This document shows positions 36,037-47,000 of a DNA stretch of 64,000 nt, in pieces. Each line of letters opens with the position of its first letter. Within the stretch, counting starts at the first letter, position 1. Source of the stretch: Fidelibacterota bacterium (GTDB lineage Bacteria; Fidelibacterota; UBA8477; JABMPR01); assembly GCA_016784025.1 (NCBI GenBank), contig JADHVL010000006.1, positions 13,859 to 77,858 on the forward strand, written 5' to 3'. The notes beneath the pieces are model-generated. The model worked only from the letters and a program-made list of their open reading frames with translations, ran no database searches and had not been told where the DNA came from. The translations under genes and the position numbers were made by a program.

Positions 36037-38979
36037 ATGTCTAATCAGATAAGGCGCGGAGTGTTATTACTGCTCATTTGTGTGAGCACAATAATTTCAG
36101 CAACCACAGGTAAGATTAGTGGTCATGTCACTGATTCAGAAACAGGTGACCCCCTGATTGGCGTAAATATTTTCATCTCTAATCTAGGTACTGGTGCCGC
36201 CACAGATATTGATGGCTATTATGCTATTCTAAACATCCGTCCAGGTAAGCATGAATTGCGCGCATCCATGATTGGTTACGCTCCTTTGGTTATGCAGAAT
36301 GTGGATGTGGTGATGGGACTCACATCAACCATCGATTTATCTATGTCCTCTGAAATTCTGGGCATGGAAGCGGTCACAGTTATCAGTGAGAGACCCATTG
36401 TTGCCAAGGATTTATCAGGGAGTCAGTTAAACGTGGATTCAGAGTCAATCCAACAATGGCCCATTTCCTCGGTTACTGCTGTACTGGGTGTCCAGGCCGG
36501 TGTTGAAAATATGCAGGTCAGGGGAGGCTCGATTTCCCAGACTGCGGTTATGGTTGATGGCTTCCTATCTAACGACAGTCGCTCAAATGCACCTGTGACA
36601 ACCTTGAGTTTGAGCTCTGTAGAAGAGATTCAGGTTCAATCCGGTGGATTCAATGCCGAGTATGGCAACATCCGGTCTGGTATTGTTAACATTGTGACAG
36701 CCGAGGGTCCAGCAGATCATTACTCAGGATCCTTCTACTATCAGAATAGTCCCGCTGCTCCCAAACACTATGGCATATCGCCTTTTGATGAGGATTCATA
36801 TTTTATGCGCCCCTATCTGGATGACGATGTTGCCTGGACTGGAACTGGAAGTGGTGGCTGGGATACATATACTCAAGATCAGTATCCAGGCTTTGAAGGT
36901 TGGAATTCATATAACAATACAGAAACTGGAATGACTGCATCGGCAGCACAACAGGAATGGATTTATGAACATCGCAGGACTGGTGAAATTACCAAACCAG
37001 ATCAAACACTGGACTTTGGTTTTGGTGGTCCTGCTCCTGGAATCTCAAAGCTTAGATTTTATCTATCCATAAGAAGTGAAGAAGAGCAATTTATTGTTCC
37101 CTTGTCCAGAGATGGATATAGCTCTAACTCCAGCCGTCTAAAATTGAATTATGATTTGAGCACCAATCAGAAGCTGGTTGCCACATTGCTTTATTCAGAA
37201 GAGCACTCAGTAAACCAATACAACTGGACCACAGTGCCTGAGGGCAATCTTTTACGTGGAACCTATAGTGTGGCTAATCTGGTGACACCAACAGGGTTAT
37301 TTACGCCTGCTTATTATAGCCCCTACTCAATATTCCGAGGACGATTTGATGTGAGTTATAACCATATGCTGAGTTCTGACTCCTATTATGAAATAGTCTT
37401 CCAACATGGGCAAACCCAATACCAGACTTATGAGATGGGTGCTCGAGACACCACGAAACTTGAAATATTTCCAGGCTATTTCCATGATGAAGCACCTTAT
37501 GGTTACAATTCTGCCGATTGGATGAACCTGGGACGGGATACCAGTCACACCAGCTCCACACTCCTGAAAGCAGACTATACCGACCAGATCAATTCAAGCA
37601 ATCAGCTCAAGATGGGGGTACAGGCCAATTTTTATGACCTGCAGATAAGATCCTACACCGAAAGTGATAAGGATACCTGGTCCAGGACCATGAACTATGA
37701 TGTAACTCCCATCAGGTTAAGTGCTTATGTTCAGGACAAACTTGAGTTTGAGGGATTCATTGCAAACCTGGGTCTTCGTGCAGAATATTCATCAGCCAAC
37801 ACCGATGTGTATGAACTGGATGCCTATGATGATCTTTTTAAACAAGGGCTGGGTAGTAATCTCGAGGAATTAGCAGAAAAACAAAATGCAAAATCCACAT
37901 TTACGCTAAGTCCAAGATTGGGAATTTCCCATCCCATAACCGATCATTCCAAATTGTATTTCAATTATGGACATTTTTACTCCGAAGCGGGTTCCACCTA
38001 CCGGTTCAGACTTCAGAGAGAATCCAACGGATTGGTCACCAATCTTGGTAACCCTGAACTGGAACAGGAGCGAACCATTGCCTATGAGTTGGGCTATTCA
38101 CATGGATTTAGTAACACATACATACTCGATTTAGCCACCTACTATAAAGACATTACACAACAACCGGGCTGGGTGATTTATAAGAATGCCACTGGCTCAG
38201 TCCACTATCGTAAGGCAGAAAGCAATAACTATCAGGATATTCGTGGTATTGAAGTCACGCTTAGTAAGCCCAAGGGTCGCATATTCTCAGGATTTATCAA
38301 TTATACCTATATGGTAAAGACCAGTGGCTATTTTGGACTGTTACGTCAGTTTCAGAATCCCCAGGAACAGCGAGATTATGAAAATCTCAACGTCGTGGAT
38401 AGCAAACCCAGAGCCCAACCCTATTTTCGTGCAAATCTTTCCATGAAAACTCCTCATAAATTTGGACCGTCTTTGGCTGGTATGCACCCCGCAGAAAGAT
38501 TTGAACTTAGTTTCCTGGCCAGCCACAAAACGGGAAGCCAATTTATTTATAATACTCCTGAGGCAGGGGATGTCTATGTCCAATGGTTGTCTCGATGGGA
38601 TGTGGATTTGCGTATTCAGAGATCCATTTCTGTAGGTGGTTCGTCTCTGGTGGCATTTTGTGATATTGCCAATCTCTTTGACCACAAATATTTGAGCTAT
38701 AGTGGCTTTTCAGATCAATTTGACTATGCTGATTATCTCACCTCTCTCAACTTTTCCTTCGAAGAGGGCATAAATCATGGGGATGATTATGTCGGTGCAT
38801 ATCGTGAAGATGATATAGCATATGAGGCTCTCGTGCCAAATCCTGATAATGATCCCCAAATTGCTGCAGACAATGAGCGCCGGCGGGAAACTAAATCATA
38901 CATCGATATGCCCAACTATCGATCTCTTACTTTCTTAAACCCCCGTAAATTCACTTTCGGGTTGAGGTTTAATTTCTGA
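36037..38979 (+). CDS. TonB-dependent receptor-like outer-membrane protein 2 (close paralog of receptor 1)
   Basis: 980 aa. 'GKISGHVTDSETGDPLIGVNIFIS', TonB-box-like 'EAVTVISER', and 'GGFNAEYGNIRSGIVNIVT...PKHYGISPFDEDSYFMRPYLDDDVAWTGT', which is collinear with receptor 1. It ends '...GLRFNF'. Confidence 0.85.
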   Translation: MSNQIRRGVLLLLICVSTIISATTGKISGHVTDSETGDPLIGVNIFISNLGTGAATDIDGYYAILNIRPGKHELRASMIGYAPLVMQNVDVVMGLTSTIDLSMSSEILGMEAVTVISERPIVAKDLSGSQLNVDSESIQQWPISSVTAVLGVQAGVENMQVRGGSISQTAVMVDGFLSNDSRSNAPVTTLSLSSVEEIQVQSGGFNAEYGNIRSGIVNIVTAEGPADHYSGSFYYQNSPAAPKHYGISPFDEDSYFMRPYLDDDVAWTGTGSGGWDTYTQDQYPGFEGWNSYNNTETGMTASAAQQEWIYEHRRTGEITKPDQTLDFGFGGPAPGISKLRFYLSIRSEEEQFIVPLSRDGYSSNSSRLKLNYDLSTNQKLVATLLYSEEHSVNQYNWTTVPEGNLLRGTYSVANLVTPTGLFTPAYYSPYSIFRGRFDVSYNHMLSSDSYYEIVFQHGQTQYQTYEMGARDTTKLEIFPGYFHDEAPYGYNSADWMNLGRDTSHTSSTLLKADYTDQINSSNQLKMGVQANFYDLQIRSYTESDKDTWSRTMNYDVTPIRLSAYVQDKLEFEGFIANLGLRAEYSSANTDVYELDAYDDLFKQGLGSNLEELAEKQNAKSTFTLSPRLGISHPITDHSKLYFNYGHFYSEAGSTYRFRLQRESNGLVTNLGNPELEQERTIAYELGYSHGFSNTYILDLATYYKDITQQPGWVIYKNATGSVHYRKAESNNYQDIRGIEVTLSKPKGRIFSGFINYTYMVKTSGYFGLLRQFQNPQEQRDYENLNVVDSKPRAQPYFRANLSMKTPHKFGPSLAGMHPAERFELSFLASHKTGSQFIYNTPEAGDVYVQWLSRWDVDLRIQRSISVGGSSLVAFCDIANLFDHKYLSYSGFSDQFDYADYLTSLNFSFEEGINHGDDYVGAYREDDIAYEALVPNPDNDPQIAADNERRRETKSYIDMPNYRSLTFLNPRKFTFGLRFNF

Positions 38980-41081
38980 TGAATCGAATTTATATCAAAA
39001 ACCTACTGTTTTTGGCGATACTGATTCTCATTGGTGCAAATGTTTATGGACAGGTCGATGCTGCCACCAAGAGATATGTGAGGGTTGGAACTCTCCAGAG
39101 TCATTTCTCGGCCTATGGTGCTGAAAGAGCATGGAATAATTCCTACTATGAAGGTCTCATCTGGCCGGCTGATTATCCCTATCAAGACAATGCTGTAATC
39201 AAACGAGCCTGGGCTGGAGTTAAGGATTTTAGAGATCCCAGAGGTGTCTTCTGGCCCTATTATGGTATCTATTATACTCTCGCAGCAGCAGAGACTGGAT
39301 TGTTCCCAATGGAGCTGACCCAGACTGCCAAATTTAGACCTCCAGATGTGTTTGTTGATGGTAATGATTTACGAGTCATCTATGCTGGTGAAATCGATAG
39401 TATTGATCCAGACCAGGTTGCTGATCGGGTGATTAATAACGTTGTCAATTCTTCCATGGGATTGACCATGACCCGTAAAGTCTATGCCTTCAGTCAGCAG
39501 TATCATGATAACTATTTCATCAAGGAATTTACTTTCACAAATACAGGAAATACCAATAGTGACGATGTGATTGAATTGAATGATACTCTAAGGGGTGTTC
39601 GATTTGGTTGGGGTACTCGTTATTCTGGTGGACGTGAAGCGAGCTGGACCATCGGCGATGGTCAAAGTTATGGCAAACATTCCTGGGTTACCCGCCGTGG
39701 TGAGAATTATCCCCAGCATTACACTGAGGAGATTACGCCGGCAAATCCCATTGTAGATTGGCTGAGAGCCGGATTCTCCTGGGCTGGTCAGGGAGAAAAC
39801 AACGCCTTTGATAATCTGGGTGGACCTGATATGACTGCAACTGGTCGCCTGACTTCACCTCATCATGTGGGCTCTATTGCCATTCATGTAGATAGATCTG
39901 CCAGCGACAGTCAGGATTGGATCTATCAACCCGCCTTTTTAGGGTGGCATGCAGGGGACACCTATCCTCAGGTTGGTGATCAACGCCTTGAAGATGCTCC
40001 CAAAATGAAAAGTTTGTATGAGATGCTGAGTGGCATTCCATTTGGTGCAAATAAGGGCGCCCAGACCCGAATGGATGAAGTCTTCGGAGATTTCTTCGAT
40101 GATGCCTACAAGGTTCACAATGATGGGGGAGGCACAAATGTCATGTTGACCTATGGTCCCTTTGATCTTGGACCAGGTGAAAGTGTCACCATTGTGGAAG
40201 CTGAAGGAATCAACGGACTGAATCGTCAGATGTGCGAAATGATAGGCGAGCGGTGGAAACAAGCCTATGACACCCCTGGTGATAATGGACCTTTTCTATT
40301 GCCTAATGGCGACGAAACTGGAAATCTGAATCAATACAAAAATACCTGGGTCGAGACGGGAAAAGATTCTTTGATGTTGACTTTTGGAAGAGCCAAAAGA
40401 AACTGGGATGCGAATTTTCAGATTCCTCAACCTCCGCTGCCACCCAGCAGTTTTTCCGTTGAATCAGGGGGGGACAGGATTTATACAAGCTGGTTGCCCA
40501 GTGCCTCGGAATCAGATCCTGATTTTGGCGGATATCGACTTTTTCGCGCTATCGGAAAACCAGACACGACCTATGAAGAAATTTATGCCTGCGGCTTTGG
40601 CACCGATAATGCGCTAAGTTACTATTATGATGACATTTCACCTGTGAGGGGTCAGGAGTATTACTATTACCTGGTTGCCTTTGATGATGGGACTGAGAAT
40701 AACACCAATCTCAATCCGTCAGGCTCGCTCCACAGCAGTCGTTTTTATACCAGGACTACCGAAGGCGCAACACTCCAACGGAGACCCGGTACACTAAATG
40801 ATATTCGGGTTGTACCCAACCCATTCAACATCCATCAGGAAACCTTTATTGGTAGCCCAGATAAACTGGCATTTTTTGATGTTCCCGGTCACTGTACCAT
40901 TCGGATCTATACCGAAAGGGGAGATCTTATCAAAACCATCGATCATAGCAATGGTAGTGGTACAGAATACTGGTGGTTGAACACAGATCAACGACAGGTT
41001 GTTGTGAGTGGCATATATATAGCACATTTTGAGACGCCAGATGGACAATCTGCGTTTAAGAAATTTATAATTGTACGTTAG
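38979..41081 (+). CDS. T9SS-CTD partner protein A2 (paralog of 31866-33971)
   Basis: 700 aa with a signal peptide. The start overlaps the receptor stop (TGATG). 'LTMTRKVYAFSQQYHDNYFIKEFTFTNTG', 'YGPFDLGPGESVTIVEAE', 'PQPPLPPSSF...GYRLFRAIGKPDTTYEEI'. CTD: 'IRVVPNPFN...CTIRIYTERGDLIKTI...VVVSGIYIAHFETPDGQS'. Confidence 0.7.
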   Translation: MNRIYIKNLLFLAILILIGANVYGQVDAATKRYVRVGTLQSHFSAYGAERAWNNSYYEGLIWPADYPYQDNAVIKRAWAGVKDFRDPRGVFWPYYGIYYTLAAAETGLFPMELTQTAKFRPPDVFVDGNDLRVIYAGEIDSIDPDQVADRVINNVVNSSMGLTMTRKVYAFSQQYHDNYFIKEFTFTNTGNTNSDDVIELNDTLRGVRFGWGTRYSGGREASWTIGDGQSYGKHSWVTRRGENYPQHYTEEITPANPIVDWLRAGFSWAGQGENNAFDNLGGPDMTATGRLTSPHHVGSIAIHVDRSASDSQDWIYQPAFLGWHAGDTYPQVGDQRLEDAPKMKSLYEMLSGIPFGANKGAQTRMDEVFGDFFDDAYKVHNDGGGTNVMLTYGPFDLGPGESVTIVEAEGINGLNRQMCEMIGERWKQAYDTPGDNGPFLLPNGDETGNLNQYKNTWVETGKDSLMLTFGRAKRNWDANFQIPQPPLPPSSFSVESGGDRIYTSWLPSASESDPDFGGYRLFRAIGKPDTTYEEIYACGFGTDNALSYYYDDISPVRGQEYYYYLVAFDDGTENNTNLNPSGSLHSSRFYTRTTEGATLQRRPGTLNDIRVVPNPFNIHQETFIGSPDKLAFFDVPGHCTIRIYTERGDLIKTIDHSNGSGTEYWWLNTDQRQVVVSGIYIAHFETPDGQSAFKKFIIVR

Positions 41082-41100
41082 TCATCGGAGGTAACGTATT

Positions 41101-42354
41101 ATGCAAAATACAGGACATAATCATATGAAATTACTTAAGAGTATTATCCATCCACTTGTGTTATTGAGTGCAACCTTCTTCATACTTATAGCCTGTGAGG
41201 AGGAGCCGAAAAGCATATACGATCCAAATGTCGAAGGCAATCCCGATCCGGTTATTGCGACGGTGGTGCCTGATAGCAATTTTAGCAGTAATAATATTTC
41301 GTTTGCAGGTATTGGAGTGGTCAATATTACGGGACAGAATTTTTCTTCAACTGTAGCTTATAACACCGTCTTCTTTGATGGAGTTCCTGGTACTGTGCTT
41401 TCCTCAACATTGACCCAACTTAGAGTACAAGTGCCAAACGTCACGGGAGACTCCGTTGAGGTTAAAGTTGCCGTTCGTGGCGCCTATTATTTTGCTGAAT
41501 ATTCCCAACCATTTCCAGTAGTGTCAGCTGTGAAGGAGGTTGGGGGTTTTATTGATAGTGACACATATATCTCAACAATTTCATGTGATAATTCCGGCAA
41601 TCTCTTTGTGAATGCAGGCAACCACCTCCATATCATTGAACAGGATAGTTTGCACACCTATTACGATTCGACCCGACTCACTGGAATTGGGAAAATGAAA
41701 ATGGGACCGGAGGGAAAAAATTATTTCATCATAACCACAGCCATTTCCAGAATAACCCCTCCAGATGTGGTGGAGAGTCTCTGGTTTAAAGCCCTGCCTG
41801 AAGCCTTGGTGGATTTTGATTTCAATGAAAATGGAACCATCTTTATTGCTGGAGTGTCTGGTTTGATTTATCCATTTGATGCAGAAACTAAAACCTATAC
41901 TGTGGATTCAACCTTTTATGGCCTAAAAATTAAAACCATTCGTGTGTTTGATGGGAATCTCTATGTGGTTGGTAATGAAGTTGATGATGCAGATGTAGTG
42001 CTGCAAAAAGGTATATATAGCAGTCAGATTACAGGAGATGACCTGGGAGAAAAACTGCTGCTGACAACTTTAGATGAATTGGATCTAGACGGAACCCTCT
42101 CTATTACATCAATAGCAATCTCTCAATCTGGTTCATTATTCTTAGGAAACATGACTGATCCTCCTCTTATCATTTACGAAAATGGTCAACTCTCCCCGTT
42201 TCATGAACCCATCCTTTCATCACCAATTGGAGCATTATCGTGGGGCAGTGGTGACTATTTATACATTGTTAGACAGGCTCGAGGCGATGTCACTCAGCGG
42301 GTTTTAGAACTCGATATGGGGCAGGCTGGTGCTATTTATTACGGACGAGATTAA
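41101..42354 (+). CDS. Lipoprotein with IPT/TIG-like domain followed by beta-propeller-like repeats
   Basis: 417 aa with lipobox 'FILIAC|EEE'. 'PVIATVVPDS...VNITGQNFSSTVAYNTVFFDGVPGTVLSSTLTQLRVQVP' is IPT/TIG-like. It is followed by repeated 'D.SGNLFV / NGTIFIAG / SGSLFLG / DYLYIV' blades. Confidence 0.6.
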   Translation: MQNTGHNHMKLLKSIIHPLVLLSATFFILIACEEEPKSIYDPNVEGNPDPVIATVVPDSNFSSNNISFAGIGVVNITGQNFSSTVAYNTVFFDGVPGTVLSSTLTQLRVQVPNVTGDSVEVKVAVRGAYYFAEYSQPFPVVSAVKEVGGFIDSDTYISTISCDNSGNLFVNAGNHLHIIEQDSLHTYYDSTRLTGIGKMKMGPEGKNYFIITTAISRITPPDVVESLWFKALPEALVDFDFNENGTIFIAGVSGLIYPFDAETKTYTVDSTFYGLKIKTIRVFDGNLYVVGNEVDDADVVLQKGIYSSQITGDDLGEKLLLTTLDELDLDGTLSITSIAISQSGSLFLGNMTDPPLIIYENGQLSPFHEPILSSPIGALSWGSGDYLYIVRQARGDVTQRVLELDMGQAGAIYYGRD

Positions 42355-42458
42355 AGAAATTAGATATAATTAACAAAGATGTGCTATAAAGCAATGAATG
42401 TGAACTCACATAAATTATCTTTAGGCACAAAAAAAGACACAAGAAGAAGGAGAAAGAC

Positions 42459-43865
42459 ATGAGAAAAATGCTACCCGTACTGGTCGTATTTCTGACACTG
42501 AGCAGTGCTCTGTTCGGTGGTTGGGAGTTTGATGATGTTGTGGTTTCTTACCCTGAGCTAGAGGTCTCAGATGGTTGGGGTATTCACAGCGTCGTTGTTG
42601 ACAATAGTGGAAACATCTGGTATACCATGTATGGTGTTACCACAGGAAGCTACTACCCAACTGCCACTGATACTGTAAATGCCATTGGTATCCATGCAGT
42701 AACAGCAGCAGGTGTCCCCCTTTCATTTTCACCCATCGATTTTGTGACCGTGGGTGGCGTGACAGATACATTGACAGTTTCTTGTCGGGGTATGGCCAGA
42801 GCCCATGATGGAAACATCCTGGTTGCACTTGGTAATGGTGCCCTGTATAAGATTAATGCTACTGATGGTACCGGTATGGCAAAATATGAGCATCCAGATG
42901 GATCCTCATTGACCAAACCTGCTGTTGATGCTGCCGGAAATATTTATATCGGTCGTGTAAGTTCAAACTATCCAGTTAAAATGTTGAACTCAGATCTGGT
43001 ATTTCAGACTGATGTTGTAACAGCATTTCCAAAAATCAATAGAGCTATCGCAGTTTCCCCTGATGGAACAGATCTCTATTTTGGAAGTACCTGGACTGGT
43101 GGGGGAGTTTACAAGTATCATAGTGATGCACCTGGTATTTTGCCCCATGAGCCAGACTTGACTACTCCAGTAATTGGTAACTGGGAGCCAGAAGGTGTCA
43201 TGGATACAACCATCACCATTTCCAATGATACAACCATCATTGGCACTGATACTACCATTGTTGTGGTAAGTGATACAAGTATTACTCAGCATGTGGACTA
43301 TCTCTGGGCTGAGGATGTAACCTTAGGTCCTGACGGTAATATTTATGCTGCAAACACTCAGATAAATTTTACTGGTGACGAGGAGCATGGATCACTGTGG
43401 TATGTCTACGATACTGATGGAAATGAACTTTATTCCATAGGTATACAGCAGGGTGATTATCTGCAGGGTGGTGTCTACAATGGTCGTGGAGCAGCCTGGA
43501 ATGCAGATGGAACTGTTATGTATCTGGCTGAATGGGGCTACAATTGTATCTCTGTTTGGAATCTAAACCCTGAGGGTGTAGATCCTGCCATCACAGTTCC
43601 AAGTGCACACACTTTAGCGCAGAACTACCCCAATCCATTTAATCCTTCAACCAACATACCTTTCGAGCTACATCAGGATGGTTTAGTTGAGTTGACAGTA
43701 TTTGATGTGAATGGTCGTGAAGTTGCAACACTACTGAACGAACATCTGAATGTTGGAATTCACACTGCACAGTTTAACGGATCAGATCTGAGCTCAGGTC
43801 TTTATATCTATCAATTATCCTTTAACGGAGAAGTGAGTGCAAAGAATATGTTGCTTGTAAAATAA
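42459..43865 (+). CDS. Beta-propeller (NHL/SMP-30-like) protein with T9SS type-A C-terminal sorting domain
   Basis: 468 aa with a signal peptide. Blades include 'DNSGNIWYT', 'DGNILVALGNGALYKI', 'DAAGNIYIG', 'SPDGTDLYFG', 'GPDGNIYAAN' and 'DGTVMYLAE'. CTD: 'LAQNYPNPFNPSTNIPFEL...LTVFDVNGREV...SGLYIYQL...MLLVK'. Confidence 0.7.
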   Translation: MRKMLPVLVVFLTLSSALFGGWEFDDVVVSYPELEVSDGWGIHSVVVDNSGNIWYTMYGVTTGSYYPTATDTVNAIGIHAVTAAGVPLSFSPIDFVTVGGVTDTLTVSCRGMARAHDGNILVALGNGALYKINATDGTGMAKYEHPDGSSLTKPAVDAAGNIYIGRVSSNYPVKMLNSDLVFQTDVVTAFPKINRAIAVSPDGTDLYFGSTWTGGGVYKYHSDAPGILPHEPDLTTPVIGNWEPEGVMDTTITISNDTTIIGTDTTIVVVSDTSITQHVDYLWAEDVTLGPDGNIYAANTQINFTGDEEHGSLWYVYDTDGNELYSIGIQQGDYLQGGVYNGRGAAWNADGTVMYLAEWGYNCISVWNLNPEGVDPAITVPSAHTLAQNYPNPFNPSTNIPFELHQDGLVELTVFDVNGREVATLLNEHLNVGIHTAQFNGSDLSSGLYIYQLSFNGEVSAKNMLLVK

Positions 43866-43890
43866 GAGCAATCTATTGTTTCTTAAAAAA

Positions 43891-43915
43891 GGGCGAGTGT
43901 TTACTCGCCCTTTTT
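43891..43915 (+). terminator. Rho-independent terminator ending the 28585-43865 gene string
   Basis: gggcgagt-gttt-actcgccc stem-loop followed by TTTTT. Confidence 0.8.
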
Positions 43916-44033
43916 ATTATTGACTGTAATTGTCCAATTTAAACTCAATTCTCTCATAGTTAGTATGCTAAATTTACTTACTTAAAGTGCATTCATGCTT
44001 ATCTTCATGGAGATTTATTAAAGGGAGGAAGAC

Positions 44034-47000
44034 ATGCGGTTAAAAACAATTGGTATTGTGCTACTATTATTGGTTTCAATGGTTTGGGCTCAAACCGATA
44101 ACGAAGAGTTCCGAGCAACCTGGGTCATCACCTGGGAACACATAAGCGCAGGTAGCAGCGTCGAACAAAATCAGGCTCGCATACGGACTATCATGGACAA
44201 CCATTTAGCCGCGAACATGAGCAGCGTGTTGTTCCAGGCACGACAGAGCGGAACAGCCTACTACAACTCATCTTATGAACCCTGGGGTGCCTATGCAGGC
44301 GGTTCTTCCCCTGGATATGATCCCCTTGAATACGCCATTGAGCAAGCTCATGCGAGAGGATTGGAATTGCATGCCTGGTTCAATTGTTTTCAGGCGGCCT
44401 CCACAGTGCCAGGAGCACCAGCAGCCGAGCATCCAGATTGGGTATGTCGCGATGAGGGCGGAGCACCCATGCCAGCATATAGAGCCCTTTCACCAGGCAT
44501 GCCTGAGGTAAGGGAGTATCTGGTTGATGTCGCTATGGAAATCGTCAACAACTATGATGTCGATGGATTACACCTGGATTATGTTCGTTGGAATGAGTAT
44601 GACAATCTACTTTTAAACTCAGTTTCTCCTACAAGCCTGGAAGAAGTCAGCACGCTGGACCAGGAAACGGATTACAGCCATATCGGATCATTGAGGGACA
44701 GTCAATCTGGTCGCTATCTATATGATATAGATCATCCATACAATGGAGGTGTGCCAGCGGGATTCGATTCATGGCCTGATTTCTGGAGATCATCAGTAAC
44801 CGATTTCGTCCATTCACTCCACGATTCAATGCAGACTCAAAAACCATGGGTAAGACTCTCCGTTGCAGCTTTGGGGAAATACAACTGGAGCGGTTGGAAT
44901 GGATATAATGTTGTCTACCAAGACGCTGCCTTATGGTTTAATGAAGGCTATATCGATCAATTAACTCCCATGCATTATCACTGGACAACATCCTCAGGAT
45001 TTGTGGGTATGCTCACCGATGACAGTCCCTATTGCTGGGGTGACTATATTCAACCTGGCGTAAATGCCGGTCGACTTTTCTCAGTAGGTCCTGGCTCCTA
45101 TATTCTGGATCAAAACAATATCTGGAACAGACATGCCAGTATCGTCAATATCTCACGCTCTGTAAGCTGGGTAGATGGATTTCAATTTTTCTCTTATGGT
45201 AGTTGGCAAGATTATCAATATTGGCCAACTGCTGGAAGTAGTTTTTTCAGCAAAAAAACCAAGATTCGTGGGAATGGACTGTTTGTAGACGAAACGCCTC
45301 CCACACCTGCCATCGCTTTGGATATCGTTGATTCTCTCACATTCGATCTCACGGTTACGCCTGACAATACGGCAACTGGTGACTATTGGTGGGCATTGTA
45401 CAGATCACAGTCTGATGACATCATGGTAACGTCAAGTGATATTGTCGGTGTCTATTTCGGATCTGAAGCCTTTACAGTTACAGAGGAATTCGACGGTACT
45501 CAGGATGAAAACACCAGCTATTTTTATAGCGCCACCATGCTGGATCGTTATTGGAATGAGTCTGAGTTAGCAACGGCGGTTGAAACAAGCCAGCTACCAT
45601 CATTGCCACCTGTTTTGACCAGTGTTTATCCTGCTCAGGATGATACTGTGGAGGTAAGTACGCTGCTCACAATCCAGTTCTCAAAAACAATGGATGTTGC
45701 CTCGGTTGAATCATCTCTCAGTTTTAGTCCAGAAATTGCCATTGATCACTATACCTGGACTGAAGGTGATCATAGAATAATAATTTATCCGGATACTAAC
45801 TTTGCTTATATGAGCAGTTATACCATGACCCTTACTGATGCTGCCATGGATATCAATGGCTCAGCTTTAGATGGGGATGCTGATGGTACAGCCGGGGGAG
45901 ATATCATCATCACCTTTCACACCAAAGCCCTGGATGAGGCTGGTCCCACAGTGCTGTATAGCACACCAGAAATCAATGTAGGTACAGAATCATTTGATGT
46001 GGATGGCAATATCTCATTGGTTTTTGATGAGATGTTGAACTCCTCAACGGTCAATCTGGAATCTATTCATTTAGAAGAAGGTGGAACTCCCATAGAGGTA
46101 GATTATTTATTATCTACTGCTCATGGAAAATCAGTATTGGATATCAAGCCATACAGCAGAATTGGTGCAGCCAGTGATTATCTGCTCACCCTGGATTCCA
46201 CGCTGGCTGATGCTCTGGGAAATACTGTTGATGCACAGATTCTGATTCCCTTTTCAACTGCAAATGAACACTATTCCACCATAAACTACATCGATAGTTT
46301 TACCTTTACAAATGAATGGTGGGATCCAGAAGGAAGTGGATCAACCGTTGGAACCATTGGTTCAACCACCAACTGGGGGTATTCAACCTCTATTTATCTG
46401 CCTGGCACAAGCACAGTTCAGTCACAAAAAAGGGCTGGCTTTATCAATTATGAATGGGATTTGGCCTCTGGTAGTCATTTATTACGTGAGTATATGCCCA
46501 GCGGTGGACCGCGTAACGTCATATTTGACAATACCTATATCATGCAGTGTTATGTCTATGGCGACGGCAGCAATAATAAATTCAGATTTGCTATTGATGA
46601 AGGCGATGGAACGGATTGGCCCGCTCATGAAGTCTCTGTCTGGTTTGACATCGATTGGGAGGGCTGGAGATTGCTTGAATGGGATTTCACGGATCCCTCC
46701 ATGGTGGGCAATTGGATTGGCAATGGCACTCTGGATGGTCAAGCCTATCGTGTGGATAGCTTTCAAATGACCTATAATTCAGAATCAGGTGCCACTTCCG
46801 GTCGTATCTATCTGGATAATTTTAGAGTTGTGAAGAAGATGCCAGGTGTTTCCATTGATGATGAACTTCCCGAGCTCCCACAGACAGTCAGTCTGCATCA
46901 GAACTATCCCAATCCCTTTAATCCTGAGACGGTGATTAGCTTCGACTTGCCTTCAAGCATGGAGGTAGAGGTATCTGTTTTTGATATTCGAGGTCGGGAA

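Noticed and set aside
46312-46770. 152-aa alternative-frame ORF (and antisense 46482-46766) inside the GHL10 gene
   Set aside because: It is embedded in a long ORF with coherent domain structure and a CTD. The alternative frames show no independent signals.
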